Positions 61,199 through 64,000 of a DNA stretch of 64,000 nt are shown here, piece by piece. Below the pieces are notes generated by a model that did not search any database, was not told the origin of the DNA, and was given only the letters and a program-made list of their open reading frames with translations. The first letter of the stretch is position 1. The number at the start of each line of letters is the position of its first letter. This stretch comes from Spirochaetaceae bacterium (lineage in GTDB: Bacteria; Spirochaetota; Spirochaetia; DSM-27196; Alkalispirochaetaceae). Made by a program: the position numbers and the translations under genes. The DNA lies in the NCBI GenBank assembly GCA_046541355.1, contig JBKHDM010000001.1, positions 1,014-65,013 on the forward strand, given 5' to 3'.

Positions 61199-62257
61199 TC
61201 AGAGCTGCACTCGAGCCCCGAGAGTACCGCCGACGGAGCCGGAGGTGATGTTGTACATCAGCCCAAGGTCGAGACGCAGAATCAGTATATTGAACGAGGT
61301 TTCCCCGAAGATCCGGAAGGCGAAGCTGTTTACGTTGCTCTCAACGCCGAGGCCGGTCTGATCGAAGTCCGAGGGCAGGGAGACACCGGCGGCCGCCGCG
61401 GCATTCTTGATCTGCTCGATCTCCGCATCCGTGAGCGCCTCCCCCGTGTCGAGTGAACCGTTTCCGTTGTCGTCGGTATAGACCTCGGTGGTGAGTCCCG
61501 CGTTAGCGTCGGCAATGCCGAGGGCAGCGCCGATGCCAAAGTGAGGCTCGAGAAAGAGGATCTTCTTGCTCGCCTGGGCGCGGAAATCAAACACATTCGC
61601 TCCCCAGTCAAAATCGAGCTGCGGTTCATCAAGGGCGAGGGTTACCGTGCTGTCCGGATCGTTGGGATCATCGGGAACTTCGGAGACCTCTATCTGGCCG
61701 ATCCCCGAGGGGAGCGAGACAGCTCCGTTGAGGCGGTTGTAGCCGACGCCGATTGAGAGATCCGGGAGGACACCCATACCCTGCTCGATCACCGCGTAGC
61801 GGACGTCCGCGCCAAAAAGCGTGTACTCCAGGGAAACGTCACCGAAGTCCACGCCCCCCGGAAGGGCTCCGAACTTGAGGCCCACATCAAAGGGCAGGAG
61901 AAAGCCGCCGACCCTCGCGTCTACGGTGTAGGCGGGAAAGGGTACCCCCACAGCGCTGAAGTCGGAGATCTCCGTCGGTATGTCGAGGCCGAGATCATCG
62001 AAGAGCCCCTCAAAGGCCGCGTAGGGGATTGTTGTCACCCCCGTCGTCACCCCGACGCCAAAACTCGGCGGAACGCTTAATAGCTGACCAATATAGGCGT
62101 CGGACCAGTTGAGGCCGACGGTCGAGTTCATAGGAAGAGAGCGCGCAAATTCGTCTACGAAGCTTTGAAAGCCCTCCTCGTAGTCGCCGATAGTTGTCTG
62201 GGTCCACGCCGTCGCTGCAACAAGAAACACAACAACGAGAATGGTAGCTCGTTTCAT
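61199..62257 (-). CDS. Secreted, probably beta-barrel outer-membrane protein (uncharacterised)
   Basis: An internal ATG at 62257 (GGAGG upstream) gives the signal peptide MKRATILVVVFLVAATAWTQ. Gly/aromatic-rich alternating strands run throughout, and the C-terminal segment is strand-like. Confidence 0.5.
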   Translation of the reverse strand: MKRATILVVVFLVAATAWTQTTIGDYEEGFQSFVDEFARSLPMNSTVGLNWSDAYIGQLLSVPPSFGVGVTTGVTTIPYAAFEGLFDDLGLDIPTEISDFSAVGVPFPAYTVDARVGGFLLPFDVGLKFGALPGGVDFGDVSLEYTLFGADVRYAVIEQGMGVLPDLSIGVGYNRLNGAVSLPSGIGQIEVSEVPDDPNDPDSTVTLALDEPQLDFDWGANVFDFRAQASKKILFLEPHFGIGAALGIADANAGLTTEVYTDDNGNGSLDTGEALTDAEIEQIKNAAAAAGVSLPSDFDQTGLGVESNVNSFAFRIFGETSFNILILRLDLGLMYNITSGSVGGTLGARVQL

Positions 62258-62376
62258 GGTGTACCTCCGTATCTGATAAGCTACCACCGGGGATGAGAAA
62301 AAACCATCAACTCCCCCCAGGGCGCTCCGCCCATCTCCCGCTTCTCCCGCCCAGGCCGACCGGGGCCGCGGGACAA

Positions 62377-62405
62377 TTGACAGCGAGTTCCACCGCCTAT
62401 AGAGT
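62377..62405 (+). promoter_or_regulatory. Sigma70-like promoter for tRNA-Arg
   Basis: TTGACA (62377-62382), a 17-nt spacer, then TAGAGT (62400-62405). It lies about 45 nt upstream of the tRNA. Confidence 0.45.
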
Positions 62406-62450
62406 GTCTACTGCCCTCCCCGGGGTGAGCCGGGGATGGGCGGATCAACC

Positions 62451-62524
62451 GCCCCGGTAGCTCAGCAGGATAGAGCAACTGCCTCCTAAGCAGTAGGTCA
62501 CCCGTTCGAATCGGGTCCGGGGTA
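62451..62524 (+). tRNA. tRNA-Arg (anticodon CCT)
   Basis: Cloverleaf by eye. Acceptor stem GCCCCGG/CCGGGGT, D-arm TAGCTCAGCAGGATAGAGC, anticodon stem-loop ACTGC-CTCCTAA-GCAGT (anticodon CCT), T-arm with GTTCGAATC, and discriminator A. No CCA is encoded. Confidence 0.9.
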
Positions 62525-62635
62525 ATGGTGTAAGGATCTGTGCAATACGCCCGTACCGCTGCTACGCGCTCCTCCCCCGTCCCCGGGACATGATGCTACC
62601 GTTCCCGTCGAGGTGTGAGGAATCAAGGAGTCTTC

Positions 62636-63451
62636 ATGTCTGATTCAAAAGAGTCGGTCTTCCACATCGCCGAGATGGATTGTCCCTCGGAAGAGTCCCT
62701 TGTACGCATGAAACTCGAGGGGATGGAAGAGGTCTCGTCCCTCGAGTTCGACCTGCACAGGAGGCTCCTGACGGTAGTCCACCGGGGAGACGTGGGAGGG
62801 ATCGAGGAGAAGCTCGCGGAACTCGACCTCGGGACGGAGCTGAGAAGCAGCGGTGAGGCCGACGAGAGCAGATTGACCGCGGAGAAGCGGACCTCCCGCC
62901 GGCAGCGCCGGATTCTCCTGACGGTGCTTCTCATCAACTTTGGATTTTTTCTCATCGAGATGACAACCGGCGTGCTCGCCGGTTCCATGGGGCTCGTCGC
63001 CGACTCCCTGGATATGCTCGCCGACGCGGTAGTGTACGCCCTCAGCCTCTGGGCGGTGGGGGCTGCTCTGAGGCGGAAACGACGGGTCGCCACAATGGCC
63101 GGCTACTTCCAGCTCACCCTCGCCGGCCTCGGACTGATGGAGGTGATCCGTCGCTTTATCGGCGGTGGCGAGACCCCGGAGTTCATGACAATGATCGTTG
63201 TCTCCCTTCTCGCCCTCCTGGCAAACTCCTTCTGCCTCTATCTGCTCCAGCGATCAAAGGACAAGGAGGCTCATATGCAGGCGAGCATGATTTTTACCTC
63301 CAACGACGTCATTATCAACAGCGGCGTGATCCTCGCGGGGGTGCTCGTCCTGCTAACCGGATCAAAACTGCCGGACCTGATCGTCGGAACCGCCGTGTTT
63401 ATCGTTGTGCTGCGAGGAGCGTTGCGAATCCTGAAGCTGGGAAAGGGGTGA
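62636..63451 (+). CDS. HMA-like metal-binding domain fused to a 6-TM cation diffusion facilitator-like core
   Basis: Internal ATG at 62636 (AAGGAG upstream). The N-terminal roughly 70 aa have an HMA-fold pattern with MDCPSEE in place of GMxCxxC. This is followed by 6 TM segments with a CDF-like ADSLDMLAD in TM2. The protein ends right after TM6, so it has no C-terminal cytoplasmic domain. Confidence 0.65.
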   Translation: MSDSKESVFHIAEMDCPSEESLVRMKLEGMEEVSSLEFDLHRRLLTVVHRGDVGGIEEKLAELDLGTELRSSGEADESRLTAEKRTSRRQRRILLTVLLINFGFFLIEMTTGVLAGSMGLVADSLDMLADAVVYALSLWAVGAALRRKRRVATMAGYFQLTLAGLGLMEVIRRFIGGGETPEFMTMIVVSLLALLANSFCLYLLQRSKDKEAHMQASMIFTSNDVIINSGVILAGVLVLLTGSKLPDLIVGTAVFIVVLRGALRILKLGKG

Positions 63452-63461
63452 CCACAGCGGT

Positions 63462-63848
63462 TCAGCAGCCGTTTTCGGGGATGGTGAACCTTGTCGGGTC
63501 AAAGCGCTCGTCCCCGAGCCACAGGTCGATCCGGGTACCCCCTTCCCGCTTGCTTATGAGCGACGCCTTTACCTGCAGTCCGACGAGATTGAGCCGGGCA
63601 CTGCCAAGCATCTCGAGCCCCGCCATCGATCCGTAGTAGCCGGAAAGCTCCGGTCGCTGTGTCGCCTTGAGAGCGTTGTTCAGATCCTCAATCTCCTTGT
63701 CGCTTCGCTCCACGTCATCGAGGGCGGTAAGGTGGAACCCGTCCTCTTCGAGGTGGAGATTGATAACCATCCGCTCCGGCTCGGAGTCGAGCATAAAGTG
63801 ACTGAGTTCGCCGATGAGATGGAGGAGAAGTTCGTTTCGCTGATTCAT
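63462..63848 (-). CDS. Hypothetical acidic cytoplasmic protein
   Basis: 128-aa ORF. An ATGA overlap with the upstream partial gene suggests co-translation. I recognise no family. Confidence 0.45.
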   Translation of the reverse strand: MNQRNELLLHLIGELSHFMLDSEPERMVINLHLEEDGFHLTALDDVERSDKEIEDLNNALKATQRPELSGYYGSMAGLEMLGSARLNLVGLQVKASLISKREGGTRIDLWLGDERFDPTRFTIPENGC

Positions 63849-64000
63849 CGCTTTTCCTCTGCTTCAGGCTTCTTCATTGTCTGGCTGCGCCACTCGAAAA
63901 ACGCCGCCAGGAGTGTCGCGGTGAGGCCCCCGGCAAAACCGTTGTTGTACAGGGTCATACCACCATGCCACGCACCGGTCTGGTGCACCATAAGAAAGTG
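63845..64000 (-). CDS. 3' end of a membrane-protein gene (partial, continues beyond the window)
   Basis: An open frame running to the window edge gives ...HFLMVHQTGAWHGGMTLYNNGFAGGLTATLLAAFFEWRSQTMKKPEAEEKR, then stop. The TGA overlaps the next ATG. Confidence 0.45.
   Translation of the reverse strand, partial: HFLMVHQTGAWHGGMTLYNNGFAGGLTATLLAAFFEWRSQTMKKPEAEEKR

Noticed and set aside
62281-62478. 65-aa minus-strand ORF
   Set aside because: It overlaps the tRNA-Arg gene and its promoter, and is not plausible as coding.
62525-64000. Possible genomic island integrated at tRNA-Arg
   Set aside because: There is no integrase and no direct repeat of the tRNA 3' end within the remaining 1.5 kb, and GC content looks native. 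This cannot be supported from this window.
1-64000. CRISPR arrays, rRNA genes, transposases/integrases, prophage or recognisable defence cassettes (RM, TA pairs, retron RT, Cas)
   Set aside because: Reading both strands, I found no regularly spaced direct repeats, no reverse transcriptase/transposase/integrase-like translations and no rRNA-like segments. The absence is by eye and should be confirmed with dedicated tools.

Overview
This is a GC-rich (about 60-65% by eye), densely coding bacterial chromosomal segment. I call about 62 protein genes, one partial CDS at the right edge, and one tRNA-Arg(CCT). Most genes from about 8 kb to 56 kb are on the minus strand, in tightly packed operons that often have overlapping stop and start codons.

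Recognisable content, in order:
- A complete riboflavin operon, ribD-ribE-ribBA-ribH, behind a terminator-containing leader.
- A PPP-type metallophosphatase, a histidine phosphatase and a macro-domain protein.
- A J-domain protein and RNase R.
- A Bat-like MoxR-DUF58-VWA module, preceded by a membrane-anchored trypsin-like protease, an esterase and a VOC dioxygenase.
- Two rhodaneses, an MFS transporter and a multi-PAS HisKA_2-type histidine kinase.
- sbcD-sbcC, translationally coupled to an SfsA::DUF123 (GIY-YIG-like) fusion.
- mcsA-mcsB-clpC.
- A lolC/E-lolD-lolC/E block with a small YD-repeat protein, then ftsY.
- prfB with its programmed +1 frameshift.
- A GH57 glycoside hydrolase.
- rnfCDGEA, preceded by two coupled membrane-protein genes.
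- An RluA-family pseudouridine synthase, a poly(A) polymerase/CCA-family enzyme and an Mrp/NBP35 ATPase.
- A beta-barrel-like secreted protein, tRNA-Arg, and an HMA-CDF fusion.

The gene repertoire (Lol, OMP-like, Rnf, GH57, Bat-like) suggests an anaerobic diderm, possibly spirochaete-like. This is inference only.

I see no rRNA, CRISPR array, transposase, integrase, phage gene or recognisable defence island.

The observations most worth following up:
1. The Rnf cluster lacks rnfB, is led by two extra membrane proteins, and appears to have lost the RnfG flavinylation residue and two of the four RnfA/RnfE cysteines.
2. sbcDC is coupled to the SfsA::DUF123 dual-nuclease fusion.
3. A roughly 160-200 bp element with perfect 20-bp terminal inverted repeats has a third copy of the repeat 14 kb away.

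None of these is proven novel. All need database searches that I cannot run.
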